A DNA stretch of 64,000 nt from a virus (Duplodnaviria; Caudoviricetes): IMG/VR virus record IMGVR_UViG_2879998633_000003, positions 32,001 to 96,000 of that record, one strand, 5' to 3'. Below are positions 47,000 through 56,477 of the stretch, piece by piece; within the stretch, counting starts at the first letter, position 1; every line of letters begins with the position of its first letter. The position numbers and the translations under genes are program-made. Under the pieces are notes generated by a model, which saw nothing but the letters and a program-made list of their open reading frames with translations, was not told the origin of the DNA and did not search any database.

Positions 47000-47337
47000 T
47001 TTTCGGTCCCCTTTTTGCAAAGAATTTCCAGCCGGGTACCTTTGCTATCTGGCACCGGAGGCCCGGTGACATTCAATGTCACTCCTTTGTAGGGGCCGTT
47101 CAGGACAAGAAGCCGCGATGATGCCGAAATATCTTTTCGATATCGAACCCAGACACGAACGGTAGCATCCGCCCTTTCTGCTCCTGCAGTCAGGCTCTCT
47201 CGCCCACTGATTCCCTTAACCTCTGCCCAGATAGTGGCGCCGTCAGACCACTCTTCTGTTGGCTGACCACTCGGTGTTCGTGTAGTAATAAAATTACGGA
47301 TGGTGATCCGATGCCGCATTGGTCCAATTTTCATCAT
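46996..47337 (-). CDS. Head closure protein
   Basis: GPMRHRITI...WAEVKGISGRE. Confidence 0.85.
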   Translation of the reverse strand: MMKIGPMRHRITIRNFITTRTPSGQPTEEWSDGATIWAEVKGISGRESLTAGAERADATVRVWVRYRKDISASSRLLVLNGPYKGVTLNVTGPPVPDSKGTRLEILCKKGTEK

Positions 47338-47346
47338 CCCCTCCGG

Positions 47347-47685
47347 CTAAACACCCATTTGAATTCGCCAGGGATTCAGCAACCAGCGTGCGGGTCCTGG
47401 AATATCAGGACTCTGATCATCCCCGCGGTTTTCATACAACCAGCCCACGATAAGAAGAACCGCGCTCTGAATGGAGGGCGTGATGATAAGAGGACGATCG
47501 CCAGCGCTTTCATTCTCAACAGCACTATCCAGAGCAGCCTGGTCAGAGAAAAAGCGTCGGTTGAGAAACTGCATGGCAGCATCCTCCGCAGCGGCAAGAT
47601 ACCCCTCCACCATCGTTTTATCGATTTCATCATCCAGCCTGAGATGTTCCATGGCTGTTTCAGTGTTGATTACCGTCATAACCAT
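47347..47685 (-). CDS. Head-tail connector (gp6-like)
   Basis: HLRLD; AVLLIVGWLYENR. Confidence 0.88.
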   Translation of the reverse strand: MVMTVINTETAMEHLRLDDEIDKTMVEGYLAAAEDAAMQFLNRRFFSDQAALDSAVENESAGDRPLIITPSIQSAVLLIVGWLYENRGDDQSPDIPGPARWLLNPWRIQMGV

Positions 47686-47942
47686 TACCCTTTGGTTTCG
47701 GGGGCGCGGTTCATTTTGTTATCAGGGACTTCACCTACTATGGTCACCAGCCCGTTACCTTTGAGCTCGGCAGCACGTAAGCGAGAGACATGAAACGGAT
47801 CATCAGCTGGCGTCCTGAAAATGTCACCATCCATAAAACGCCGGACAGGCTGAACCTGAATAGTCCCGGACTCTGTGAGTTCTGGCGCCGCATTTACGCC
47901 GTCGGGTACAGACGGTTCAGCCACATTTTTTCTGGCCATCAC
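47685..47942 (-). CDS. Small head-associated protein
   Basis: GGAG RBS; between capsid and connector genes. Confidence 0.65.
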   Translation of the reverse strand: MMARKNVAEPSVPDGVNAAPELTESGTIQVQPVRRFMDGDIFRTPADDPFHVSRLRAAELKGNGLVTIVGEVPDNKMNRAPETKG

Positions 47943-47984
47943 TATCTCCTCAGAAAGAGAGGGCCGCTAAGCGGCCCTGAATTG

Positions 47985-49205
47985 TCAGCCGCCAGAAGCG
48001 GTTACAGTACCGGTGACAAATGCTTCCGGACGATAAACCGCTAACGCCAGACGCTCTTCCGCACGAATGGTGACCATGTTTTTAATAAAGTCATCTTCGT
48101 TCTCAGTGGAGAGCAGCACTTCGATATCCATGCGGTCGAAGATTTGCGCAGCCATGTTGAAGGCACCAGTCAGGAAGTTGTTCTGCGCCATGGCCTGTGT
48201 TTCCACAACAGGGAGACCCCAGATACGAGGAACACCACCATTGACCGGCTGCGCGATGATATAGCGACCTTCGTTATCTTTGGTCAGCTCGATGCCTGCC
48301 CAGTCAATCGGGTTCAGGACAAAACCAGACGCCGGATATTCCGCAAGAACGGCCTGAAGAACAGCCAGGCGAAGACGGTCGATCGGCGTGGCATTGGACA
48401 GGGTTAGGGCTGGCGCAAATTCTGTTGCCTGCGGCAGAATACCGAGGATATTCGCGCCGGTGCCATCGCCGCTCAGCAGTTGCTGCTCTTCTTTGAAACG
48501 AAGACCATACTGAGCGCGGCCATTGATATAGCTGGCCAGACCGGGCGCATCGTCCAGGATCTGACGGGACGCTTTAAAGTAATGCGCAATAGTACGAACC
48601 GGCGCACTTTTCAAATCAAACCGAATGTCAGATTTTGGTTTCAGGGCACCTTCCGCCACAGCTGCAGCATTATTGGTAAACCCCGTTTCCTGAACGAATT
48701 CAATACCGTTAGATGCGGTAGTGCCGGGGATAAGCAGATTACGGATGGTCAGAGTACGTTCCGGCGGGGCGATAATGCCCTGAACACGATCGGAGACCAC
48801 CAGGCTGTTGGTTGGGCTCGCGCCTGTGCCCGTAGTGGCCGGCACGTTCATAATATCTTTCTGTTCCAGTTTGACGCGGATGCTCTTACGGGCCGAACTG
48901 TCCATACCTTTGAACTCTTCACTTTCGACCACCAGCTCACCGAGCGATTTTCGCTGTGCAGGTGCATCGTTCGGGCGGCGTGCACCTTTTTGCTCCAGCT
49001 CAGTGAGACGTTCTTTCAGCTCGTTCATCTGATTAAGGCTTTCGTCCGTTCGTTGTTTCAGTTCCAGCGAAACGGTTTCTCCTGCCTCCATTTTTTTCTT
49101 CACGTCTTCGCCAAAGTTTTTGACCTGATCAATCACCATGGTGAGTTGATTAGAGATTTCGCCAATACTTTGTGGCTGATCATCAGCCGATTTTTTCTGG
49201 TACAT
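47985..49205 (-). CDS. Major capsid protein (HK97 family)
   Basis: Coiled-coil delta domain; AEGALKP; IRAEERLALAVYRPEAF. Confidence 0.95.
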   Translation of the reverse strand: MYQKKSADDQPQSIGEISNQLTMVIDQVKNFGEDVKKKMEAGETVSLELKQRTDESLNQMNELKERLTELEQKGARRPNDAPAQRKSLGELVVESEEFKGMDSSARKSIRVKLEQKDIMNVPATTGTGASPTNSLVVSDRVQGIIAPPERTLTIRNLLIPGTTASNGIEFVQETGFTNNAAAVAEGALKPKSDIRFDLKSAPVRTIAHYFKASRQILDDAPGLASYINGRAQYGLRFKEEQQLLSGDGTGANILGILPQATEFAPALTLSNATPIDRLRLAVLQAVLAEYPASGFVLNPIDWAGIELTKDNEGRYIIAQPVNGGVPRIWGLPVVETQAMAQNNFLTGAFNMAAQIFDRMDIEVLLSTENEDDFIKNMVTIRAEERLALAVYRPEAFVTGTVTASGG

Positions 49206-49214
49206 ATAAATCCC

Positions 49215-49922
49215 TTAGAGAATTTTTGGGAGAGAAAACTGGCTCAGTTGCTGGCGCATCGCCGCAATAGCCGCTTTGGTTTCGCCGTCTTCGCCCCCGG
49301 ACTCACTCCGGTCAAGCAGATAGGACAGTCCGCGGGAGGCGACCGCAGCGGACTGACTTTTCGAGAAACCTGCCTCTCGCAGGAACTTCTCAAATTCAGG
49401 TAAGGAAGGAAGATCACCGTGTGACAATTTCGACTTAATGACGTCGATGCGGGCATCGTCGTTGGCTGGTACGGTAACGATGGAGATTTCAACCAGGTCG
49501 AGCTTCGTTAATGTGCGGATCCGGGTTTTCTCATCGTAATTCGATTCCCGAACGTAATAGCCAATGGAAAGGCCCGTAATGGCACGGGTTTTCATGCCTC
49601 TCCATGCAGTTTTGGCGTAGGCGGCGTCGTCCAGCCACAAAGCGCCTTCACCAAAAAGCCCATGCTTATCTTCTTTCAGGGTTGAGATATCCCAGTTCCC
49701 GATGGGTTCACCAGTGCGATGCTGCCAGAGAACAGGGAACGTCCTCCCCTTAGCCCGCGTTTCCTCGATGCTTTCGAGGAATGCGCCCGGCGCCACGACT
49801 TCGTTGTAGCTATCCACCACATCGAAAACAGAACCGTATCCAGAAAAAAGGCCGTCATCGTTGACAGCCTTAATATCGAAGTCGAATGCCTTTACTTTCA
49901 TGGCTGCGTTTTTCCGGTACAT
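49215..49922 (-). CDS. Prohead protease (HK97 family)
   Basis: FSGYGSVF; LWQH; GLSIGY; EISIVTVPAN. Confidence 0.95.
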   Translation of the reverse strand: MYRKNAAMKVKAFDFDIKAVNDDGLFSGYGSVFDVVDSYNEVVAPGAFLESIEETRAKGRTFPVLWQHRTGEPIGNWDISTLKEDKHGLFGEGALWLDDAAYAKTAWRGMKTRAITGLSIGYYVRESNYDEKTRIRTLTKLDLVEISIVTVPANDDARIDVIKSKLSHGDLPSLPEFEKFLREAGFSKSQSAAVASRGLSYLLDRSESGGEDGETKAAIAAMRQQLSQFSLPKIL

Positions 49923-51217
49923 TCCGGCGTCTCCTCTGATTTAATGCCAAGCCATTCCCGCAGTGCGTTTTTGGCTGATTCACTGTCGCCGGACTTGCCA
50001 AGCTGATCTATCGGCAGCAGGTTGGATTGAACGGTTAGTTGGTCAGCGCCAGGTTTTGGCTGAAGGTTTTCTTTTTGCCGTGCTTCATTGCGGGTCATCA
50101 GACCGTTCTGGGTCATCGTTGAGTAAAAAGCGGCACGGGCGGCGCTGTCAGCACGTAAGAGACCTTCGATGGAAAACTCTGCGAAGTACTTATTTCTTTC
50201 TCCCGGAGCCAGGAGACTTTTACGAATCGCCTGCTCAATACGGGTCAGCCATGGACGAAGTGAAAACGTTAAAAAGCCAATCAGCATCTGTTCGACGCCA
50301 CTTCCCCACATCGTCTGCCCCTGGGCGGTATGTCCAATCAACCCCGGCCATACTCTGAACCACCGACAAATCTCTTCGATATTGAAGGCTCTGGACTGCA
50401 GCATCTGGGCATCTTCCGGGTTGAGGTCAACAGGCTGAAACTTCATTCCCGCTTCAAGAACCATCATTTTCCCGGTATTCATGGAACCGGAAAATTGTTC
50501 AACCATGCTTTCCCGTACTTCATTGCGCTGCTCTTTTTTCAGGATCTGATCCATCGAGAGAACGCCGCTGGGCCGCATACCGTTTTTAAAAACTTTGGCG
50601 CTGGCTTCATCTGTTGCCATTGCCAGACCAAGAGTCTGCCGGGCATAACTGACAGGTGATAGCCCCATCACCCCGTTAGTGCTGAAGGCGCGGATGTGCA
50701 TGATGTCCCGTTCATCAATGTTTCGGGATGTACCTGAAGGCCAGTCACGGTAGGTATAAATGGGCCCTCCGCTCTTGCTTAAATCAACCTTCATCCTTTC
50801 TGGCCTGAGAGGCACCAGCGAGGTAATACGCTTTCCGGTTCGATCGATTTCTGCATAAGCATTCCCCCACAAAAGCAGGCTGGCCATGATCATTTCCCAG
50901 AACTCCACTGCTGTCATATCAGCATTGGGTTGATTATGGAGGAGCTCATAAAGCGGGTGATCATTTGCATTCTGGCGACCGTCAGCCGTTTTTTCGTAAA
51001 AACCAACAGGCAACGTCGCGATGGTTTCGGATAACAGCCTTACACATGACCACACTGCCGATAACTGCAGGGCTTTATCAACCGTAACGGATTTCCCTGC
51101 TGCGGACTGCCCACCAGCATAAGCAGCCCAGAATTCACCGTCGGTAAGGGAGATGGGTACGCCGAGCCACCGGCGAACGGCGCTTTTTATCCGGCCTGGC
51201 TTCTTCTCTTTATTCAT
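49898..51217 (-). CDS. Portal protein (HK97 family)
   Basis: AVWSCVRLLSETIATLP; LLLWGNAY; MTRNEAR. Confidence 0.95.
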   Translation of the reverse strand: MNKEKKPGRIKSAVRRWLGVPISLTDGEFWAAYAGGQSAAGKSVTVDKALQLSAVWSCVRLLSETIATLPVGFYEKTADGRQNANDHPLYELLHNQPNADMTAVEFWEMIMASLLLWGNAYAEIDRTGKRITSLVPLRPERMKVDLSKSGGPIYTYRDWPSGTSRNIDERDIMHIRAFSTNGVMGLSPVSYARQTLGLAMATDEASAKVFKNGMRPSGVLSMDQILKKEQRNEVRESMVEQFSGSMNTGKMMVLEAGMKFQPVDLNPEDAQMLQSRAFNIEEICRWFRVWPGLIGHTAQGQTMWGSGVEQMLIGFLTFSLRPWLTRIEQAIRKSLLAPGERNKYFAEFSIEGLLRADSAARAAFYSTMTQNGLMTRNEARQKENLQPKPGADQLTVQSNLLPIDQLGKSGDSESAKNALREWLGIKSEETPECTGKTQP

Positions 51218-51223
51218 GGTGAC

Positions 51224-52960
51224 TCACACAATGATGGGATTACTGAAAAAGTCGTCGATATCGCCAGAATCATCCTCATAGCCTTCGGAGGCACCGATTG
51301 CCATAGCGCCCGCTACAATGCCGTCGATACGCCCGGTACTTTTTTTCTTGGCAAAAATTCGGTTTTCTTTCTGATCAGCCTCCGTCACTGCTGAAGCCGC
51401 ATTCCAGCGAAGACAAGGGTTCGTCCTGATGATAATGACGCTGTCATCAAGCAACTCTTCAAACAATTCGATGGAGTGAGGCATCCACAGCCCGGAATCT
51501 TTCGCTTTGTAATACCCTTGCCCATGAGGGATTAAGGGAACAGAAACAGATGCTTCCTCAAGCTCCGGCTCAAGATATTTAATGCGATACTGGTCGAAGG
51601 CGATGGCCTTGATATCAAACTTCTCCGTCAGATCGGCAATACGCTGGGCAACAAAGCCGTATTTCACCGCTTTGCCTGGCGTAGTGTGGATGTGACCATC
51701 GCGCTCCCAGGCGTCATAAGGCACCCGGTCCGTTTTAGCCCGTTCGAGCAAGGTATCTTTGGGTGTCCAGAACTCCACCAGCAACTTGCGTTGTTTTGGA
51801 AAAAACAGCGCCAGGGCAGTCAAATCACGGGATCCCGACAAGTCCAGGCCACCGTAGCATTCCTCACCCTCCAGCTCATCTGGATCAAAGTTTTCCTCAC
51901 ATCCCATCCAGACATCACTGCTCATCCACGGGTTCGCCGCGTCAACCCACTGACAGAAGTTGAGACGCCTGACAATACTCTCTTTTGAAGGCATTCCCCG
52001 GGCCTGAGTCACCTGCTCACGAAGATAGCTTTCTTCAAACGTGTGACCCAGCGAGGGGTTAGCCTTTTTCCAGCAGGACTCATCCTTGAAAGGATCGTCA
52101 CCTTCATCCAGTGAACAAATAAAGGCGAAAAAACTGTCATCTTCTATCGAACCGGCAGATACCTTTCTACCGTATTCGTGATAGTCATAGCAGACGCTGG
52201 TTTTATCGTGTCCACTGTTGGTGATCATAAAAATGAGTGCCTGCCGGCGACCTTTAGTGCCGGCGCGCATCATTTCAACAACCTGATTGCTTTTATGCTC
52301 GTGAACTTCATCAATAAGAGCGCAATGTGGTCGTGGACCCGACTGTCCGTCATCTGAACTAATTGGGCGAAAGAATGAACCAGCCTGAAGAAAAGCCAGG
52401 TTCCACTCTTTTCCGGCGCCGCCAGATTTCTGTATGCGTGCGGAAAGAGCCGGAGACTGATCGACCATCGCCACCGCATCACGAAATAGGACCATTGCCT
52501 GGTCTTTTTTCGTAGCAGCAGCATAAACTTCAGCACGAGGTTCTTTATCCGCAGTGAGACAGTAAAGACCTATCCCGGCAGAAAGGGGGGATTTGCCAGA
52601 TCCTTTTCCTGATTCCACGTAAACCATTCGGAACCGGCGAAAACCTCTGGCATTTTTCCAGCCAAAAATCGAACCGACGATGAAACACTGCCATGGAAGC
52701 AGAACAAAAGGCGCACCTTCAAAATCGCCCCCGTTGAGCTTGAGGACTTTCGCAAAATAATCAATGGAGCGCTGTGCTGCCTCAACATCCCAATGGAGCC
52801 CTCGTGCATGGCAAGATTCAAGATCCCTGAGATGTCTCTGGCAGGCATTTCGAATGTCAGGACCGGCCAGTTCTTTTCCAGAGGTTACATCCTTTGCATA
52901 CTGCGTTGCCGGATCAACCGAAGAACTTGTCGAGCGTGTCTTCTTCGGGGGTTTCGCCAT
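51224..52960 (-). CDS. Terminase large subunit
   Basis: GKGSGKS Walker A; LIDEVHEH Walker B; GLDLS nuclease. Confidence 0.95.
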   Translation of the reverse strand: MAKPPKKTRSTSSSVDPATQYAKDVTSGKELAGPDIRNACQRHLRDLESCHARGLHWDVEAAQRSIDYFAKVLKLNGGDFEGAPFVLLPWQCFIVGSIFGWKNARGFRRFRMVYVESGKGSGKSPLSAGIGLYCLTADKEPRAEVYAAATKKDQAMVLFRDAVAMVDQSPALSARIQKSGGAGKEWNLAFLQAGSFFRPISSDDGQSGPRPHCALIDEVHEHKSNQVVEMMRAGTKGRRQALIFMITNSGHDKTSVCYDYHEYGRKVSAGSIEDDSFFAFICSLDEGDDPFKDESCWKKANPSLGHTFEESYLREQVTQARGMPSKESIVRRLNFCQWVDAANPWMSSDVWMGCEENFDPDELEGEECYGGLDLSGSRDLTALALFFPKQRKLLVEFWTPKDTLLERAKTDRVPYDAWERDGHIHTTPGKAVKYGFVAQRIADLTEKFDIKAIAFDQYRIKYLEPELEEASVSVPLIPHGQGYYKAKDSGLWMPHSIELFEELLDDSVIIIRTNPCLRWNAASAVTEADQKENRIFAKKKSTGRIDGIVAGAMAIGASEGYEDDSGDIDDFFSNPIIV

Positions 52961-53378
52961 TCACTTTCACCTTCGTCCTTGCCGCTGGTGTCAGACCGAA
53001 TTCAACCAGGTAACTTTTAAAACGACGGTCGGCATCAGCCAGCATTGAAACTGCCGGGTTGGCCTTTATCAGAAAACCACCCTCGGTCTGGACGGTATAA
53101 GTTCTGCCCTCTACAGCGATGGTGTCGCGCAGTTGCAGGATATCGGCATAAATATCGCAAAGCCTTTCAAGCGCCAAAGTATCTGCAACGGTGAGAACAC
53201 CCATACCATCGAGAAGCACAGTCAGCCGACCCCATGCCACTTTACCCCAGTCGGTAAGATGAGCTGGGGGGCCTGGAATTTCTTTAGCTGGCGTGGGTTC
53301 TTTATCGTTGAGTTTTCGTTTGCCCGGGTTGCCGGTAACCACTTTGAGGTGGGTCGGTTTCGGGCGTCGTCCTGCCAT
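52914..53378 (-). CDS. Terminase small subunit (P27 family)
   Basis: GRRPKPTHLK..GNPGKR; EFGLTPAAR. Confidence 0.93.
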   Translation of the reverse strand: MAGRRPKPTHLKVVTGNPGKRKLNDKEPTPAKEIPGPPAHLTDWGKVAWGRLTVLLDGMGVLTVADTLALERLCDIYADILQLRDTIAVEGRTYTVQTEGGFLIKANPAVSMLADADRRFKSYLVEFGLTPAARTKVKVNGETPEEDTLDKFFG

Positions 53379-53427
53379 CGGAACCTCCCGGAAAAAAACT
53401 TTTCATTTCGCGGTTGTGCACAAAAAG

Positions 53428-53441
53428 GACTGGCGGCGGTC
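53428..53441 (-). other. Probable cos site core
   Basis: GACCGCCGCCAGTC between HNH and terS, similar to HK97-type CGCCGCC cohesive ends. Confidence 0.5.
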
Positions 53442-53548
53442 ATTTGGGTTCGAGGTTCTGAACTTTTGACCCGCCCCTCCCACTCAGATGAGAATCGATA
53501 TCATTTGAATGCTAATGATTTCAAATGACAATCAATTTTGAGATGTAT

Positions 53549-53563
53549 TGATAATGGTTATCA
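53549..53563. promoter_or_regulatory. Fur-box-like site (weaker second site at 53489-53503)
   Basis: TGATAATGGTTATCA, one mismatch to TGATAATnATTATCA. Confidence 0.55.
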
Positions 53564-53902
53564 CTTAAACCAATGAGAAGCCGGGTCCAGTGGCATCCCG
53601 TTTTCATCGCAGCCGATCACGGTGCCACGCTTCTCCATTCGCTGCTTCGTTGAGTCGTGGTGCTGCTTACACATCCCTTGCCAGTTCTTCCGGCTCCAGA
53701 AAAGCTTTTGTGCCTTCGCTATTGCCTGGCTGTCAGCAGAGCGCAGAGCCTCTTTCAGTTTGTGCGGGATGATATGGTCAACCACCGTTGCAGCTGTCAC
53801 CCTGCCTTGCTCCTGGCACATGACGCATAAGGGGTGCGCACGCAGGAAGATAAGACGCTCTCGGTCCCACTTGCTGCCGTAGATGCGGGGCTCTTTGTTC
53901 AC
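53561..53902 (-). CDS. HNH endonuclease (packaging)
   Basis: PLCVMC; VVDHIIPH; NWQGMCKQHH. Confidence 0.9.
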   Translation of the reverse strand: MNKEPRIYGSKWDRERLIFLRAHPLCVMCQEQGRVTAATVVDHIIPHKLKEALRSADSQAIAKAQKLFWSRKNWQGMCKQHHDSTKQRMEKRGTVIGCDENGMPLDPASHWFK

Positions 53903-53957
53903 GTAATCGCTCCTTGAGCATTATCACAGGCGCTCAACGAGTGCCTGCTGTAATGCC

Positions 53958-54203
53958 TTAGCTGGCCTGCTCAGCGCCGGTATCAAAAAGCGCTAACGCT
54001 TCCGTCGACTCCTGAAGCGCTTTGATAGTCCGTGCCACCACTTCAGTTTCAGTTACCACGCGGTTGTACTGCTGGATGAACAGCTGATATTTGAGCGGGC
54101 TATCCTGGACGAACTCAATAGCCTTAGCAGCGGCTGCGGTGTCGTAGTTCAGGATGGAAAGCAGATTCAGTCGAATCTGTTCTGCTGGTGTAATCTCTGA
54201 CAT
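53958..54203 (-). CDS. Phage hypothetical protein
   Basis: AGAGGT RBS; late-operon orientation. Confidence 0.65.
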   Translation of the reverse strand: MSEITPAEQIRLNLLSILNYDTAAAAKAIEFVQDSPLKYQLFIQQYNRVVTETEVVARTIKALQESTEALALFDTGAEQAS

Positions 54204-54269
54204 GTCTTACCTCTGTGCGATGTGGGGAGCATTATTGAAGCCACTCGGCAGAATGGCTCCTGTAATGCC

Positions 54270-54659
54270 TTACTTAACTGTTTCGATGGTCGCGCCGTGG
54301 CTGTTGGTGATGTAAATCTGATCGCCTTTGTAAAGAAACTGGTATCCAACACCACCAAACTCATGTATGTCCGGGAAAGCTGGCGAAGGAATCCCTGAAC
54401 AAATAATGGCAATGCAATCAGCCCGGTTTGCTCCAGTACGCTCGACCGTTAATTGATGCTCATCGCCAACTGGTTTCGTCATATCTTGGTCCTCATAGGA
54501 CATCGGGATATGCTCAATGATGTCAGGCGCCATAACATCCAGTTCATCAGCAAGAGCAAAAGCCTGACGCCATTGCTCAGAGCCAGGGCGAGCAACGGTG
54601 ATTTCTTTTGCCTCATACAATGAGGTGGCGTTGTTAATAATCTGCTTAACGGTAAACAT
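54270..54659 (-). CDS. Phage hypothetical protein
   Basis: AGGAG RBS before MFTVKQ. Confidence 0.65.
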   Translation of the reverse strand: MFTVKQIINNATSLYEAKEITVARPGSEQWRQAFALADELDVMAPDIIEHIPMSYEDQDMTKPVGDEHQLTVERTGANRADCIAIICSGIPSPAFPDIHEFGGVGYQFLYKGDQIYITNSHGATIETVK

Positions 54660-54743
54660 TGTCTTCTCCTGCTTCTTGTAATAAAAAGCCCCGCTATTGC
54701 GAGGCATCGTATTTACTTGTATTTGATATTTATTGCCAACGAA

Positions 54744-55232
54744 TCAACCTGGTAATCCGTCGATGTAGCTAAATATAAAACTGGCATCCATCATATTACT
54801 TTGATTAAAGCGGCTTCTTTTTATTGCCTCAAACCCTTCCTGCTTACTAGGCCAATTATTGCAACAATCATTCATATTGTTGTTTTTTTCAAACCACAGT
54901 TTTTTGAAACTGAACTCTTCAGCAACCTTTTCAAAAGCAACAACTGTTTTCTTCTGAGTTCGTGTAGCAGTGATGATCACGTTGCATCCCATCTCAGCTA
55001 ACTCTTTGGTAGATTTTTCAACCTGAGAGCCCAAATCCCCCAAAGTGGATATCCCAATCTTAAGTCCATCACGCTCAAATACAGCTATAAGATCCTTTTC
55101 TCCACCAGGGTGGGGTTTTGCTGCCATAAAGGATGCATAGCGATCACTTTGCTCAAACAGTTTTATCAGAAATATTAGCGTTTCACTTTTTCCCCTGTTG
55201 CTGGAACCGAATACACCCATCATTAAGTTCAT
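54744..55232 (-). CDS. Small P-loop NTPase/kinase-like moron
   Basis: GVFGSSNRGKS Walker A; AT-rich; AAGGAG RBS. Confidence 0.6.
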   Translation of the reverse strand: MNLMMGVFGSSNRGKSETLIFLIKLFEQSDRYASFMAAKPHPGGEKDLIAVFERDGLKIGISTLGDLGSQVEKSTKELAEMGCNVIITATRTQKKTVVAFEKVAEEFSFKKLWFEKNNNMNDCCNNWPSKQEGFEAIKRSRFNQSNMMDASFIFSYIDGLPG

Positions 55233-55302
55233 CTTGCAGCACTCCTTACTGTGTCGTCTTCCCTGATATAATGCTCATGCTGTGTTGATGCAACAGTTTT
55301 TA

Positions 55303-55536
55303 TTAGCTATTAGTAGCTTTGTCGGTTTGTTGCGGGCAGTTCACCAGCACTGATTTGTTGTGCGCCAGAATGTCGCGCTTGGTCTGACGGTCCATTACGT
55401 CGATATCGTGGTCGATCAGGTAGATAATCCGCACCCAGCTGCACGCGGTATCAACGACTACCGGGGCGGGTAAACTTTCCGCGCAGCTCCCGATCAACAT
55501 CGTCATCAGGCATATGGCTAACAGTCTGCTGTACAT
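55303..55536 (-). CDS. o-spanin lipoprotein
   Basis: LIGSC lipobox; overlaps the i-spanin. Confidence 0.75.
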   Translation of the reverse strand: MYSRLLAICLMTMLIGSCAESLPAPVVVDTACSWVRIIYLIDHDIDVMDRQTKRDILAHNKSVLVNCPQQTDKATNS

Positions 55537-55726
55537 CGCTGGCCTCTTTCGTGACTTCTGCCTTACGTTCTGCCGCGGCGACGGTGGCGGCGGCGTTCTC
55601 TTCGGTGTGCCGCTGATCGGCCTTGGCTTCCGCCTTACTGGTCCCGCGTGCATGGCCGATGCCGAACGCACCGGCGATAGCTCCCAGCATCACAACCACC
55701 AGCCCTGCAATAATTTCGAAACTCAT
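55451..55726 (-). CDS. i-spanin
   Basis: N-terminal TM plus Ala-rich coiled coil. Confidence 0.7.
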   Translation of the reverse strand: MSFEIIAGLVVVMLGAIAGAFGIGHARGTSKAEAKADQRHTEENAAATVAAAERKAEVTKEASDVQQTVSHMPDDDVDRELRGKFTRPGSR

Positions 55727-55823
55727 TGCTGCTGCCCCTTCAGTTCTCGGCCTTATCTTTCAGTGACGGTTGCCTTACGTATTGCGAGAGCACCGCCAGC
55801 ACCACCAGAGCGGGGCTAATCAT
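55727..55823 (-). pseudogene. 3' remnant of a membrane (holin-like) gene
   Basis: Reads ...MISPALVVLAVLSQYVRQPSLKDKAE, truncated at a repeat element. Confidence 0.4.
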
Positions 55824-55897
55824 CGATGTGGGGAGCATTATCGAAGCCACTAACTTAGTGACTTCTGTAATATCCTCACGTGGGGATGCAGGCTGTT

Positions 55898-56197
55898 TTA
55901 TCCCTTAGTGGGGTTAACAGCCAGCATCAGGCCGGGCGACTGCACGGCATGCCACATACAGGCTTCCTGCATTTTGGTACGCGCGATAGCCATGCAGCGC
56001 AAAGCCTCTACTCTCTCGGTTTCGGCCTGACTACCGCGCTCGACAACTTCAGCCGTTGCAACCTCTCGCTCAGTCTCGAGCAGACTGCAAAAATGCCGGC
56101 TGACACCTTTGAGGCGGTTCATGCGCTCAATGTCGCCAGCGGTTAATGTGCGGTAGCCTTTTACAGTGCTGCCGTCCTGCGGTTTTGCTTCACTCAT
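55898..56197 (-). CDS. acb2: Acb2-like cyclic-nucleotide sponge (anti-CBASS) with a C-terminal frameshift
   Basis: VKGYRTLT..DIERMNRLK and LRCMAIART.MQ match Acb2; conserved RAVARP is present one frame over. Confidence 0.75.
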   Translation of the reverse strand: MSEAKPQDGSTVKGYRTLTAGDIERMNRLKGVSRHFCSLLETEREVATAEVVERGSQAETERVEALRCMAIARTKMQEACMWHAVQSPGLMLAVNPTKG

Positions 56198-56282
56198 TTC
56201 GTAGCCCTTTCGGTTGTATCTGATTTGCTTTTACCGGCTCGTAGGTGGATATTGTTGGGAGGGAAAGCGTGGAGATAACCAA

Positions 56283-56465
56283 ATGAAACAGATACTTTTT
56301 ACATGGTTTGCTTTTACAAATACCTATGCCTGCATCACCGCCAGCATTAACGTGAACAACTCACTAATGCTTGATTCAGCTGTGCCGTGGATTGTTGGGA
56401 TTTCTCTTGGAGTAATCACCAATTACTTATTGGTTAAGAAACTAAAGGAAAGCGGGGTTCTGTAG
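56283..56465 (+). CDS. Small membrane moron protein
   Basis: GGAGA RBS; hydrophobic helices; antisense to the late operon. Confidence 0.55.
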   Translation: MKQILFTWFAFTNTYACITASINVNNSLMLDSAVPWIVGISLGVITNYLLVKKLKESGVL

Positions 56466-56477
56466 CCCTGCCGGTTG

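Noticed and set aside
48480-49403. 307-aa plus-strand ORF, and similar antisense ORFs over structural genes
   Set aside because: Shadow frames of well-supported capsid, protease and tail genes, with no recognisable motifs
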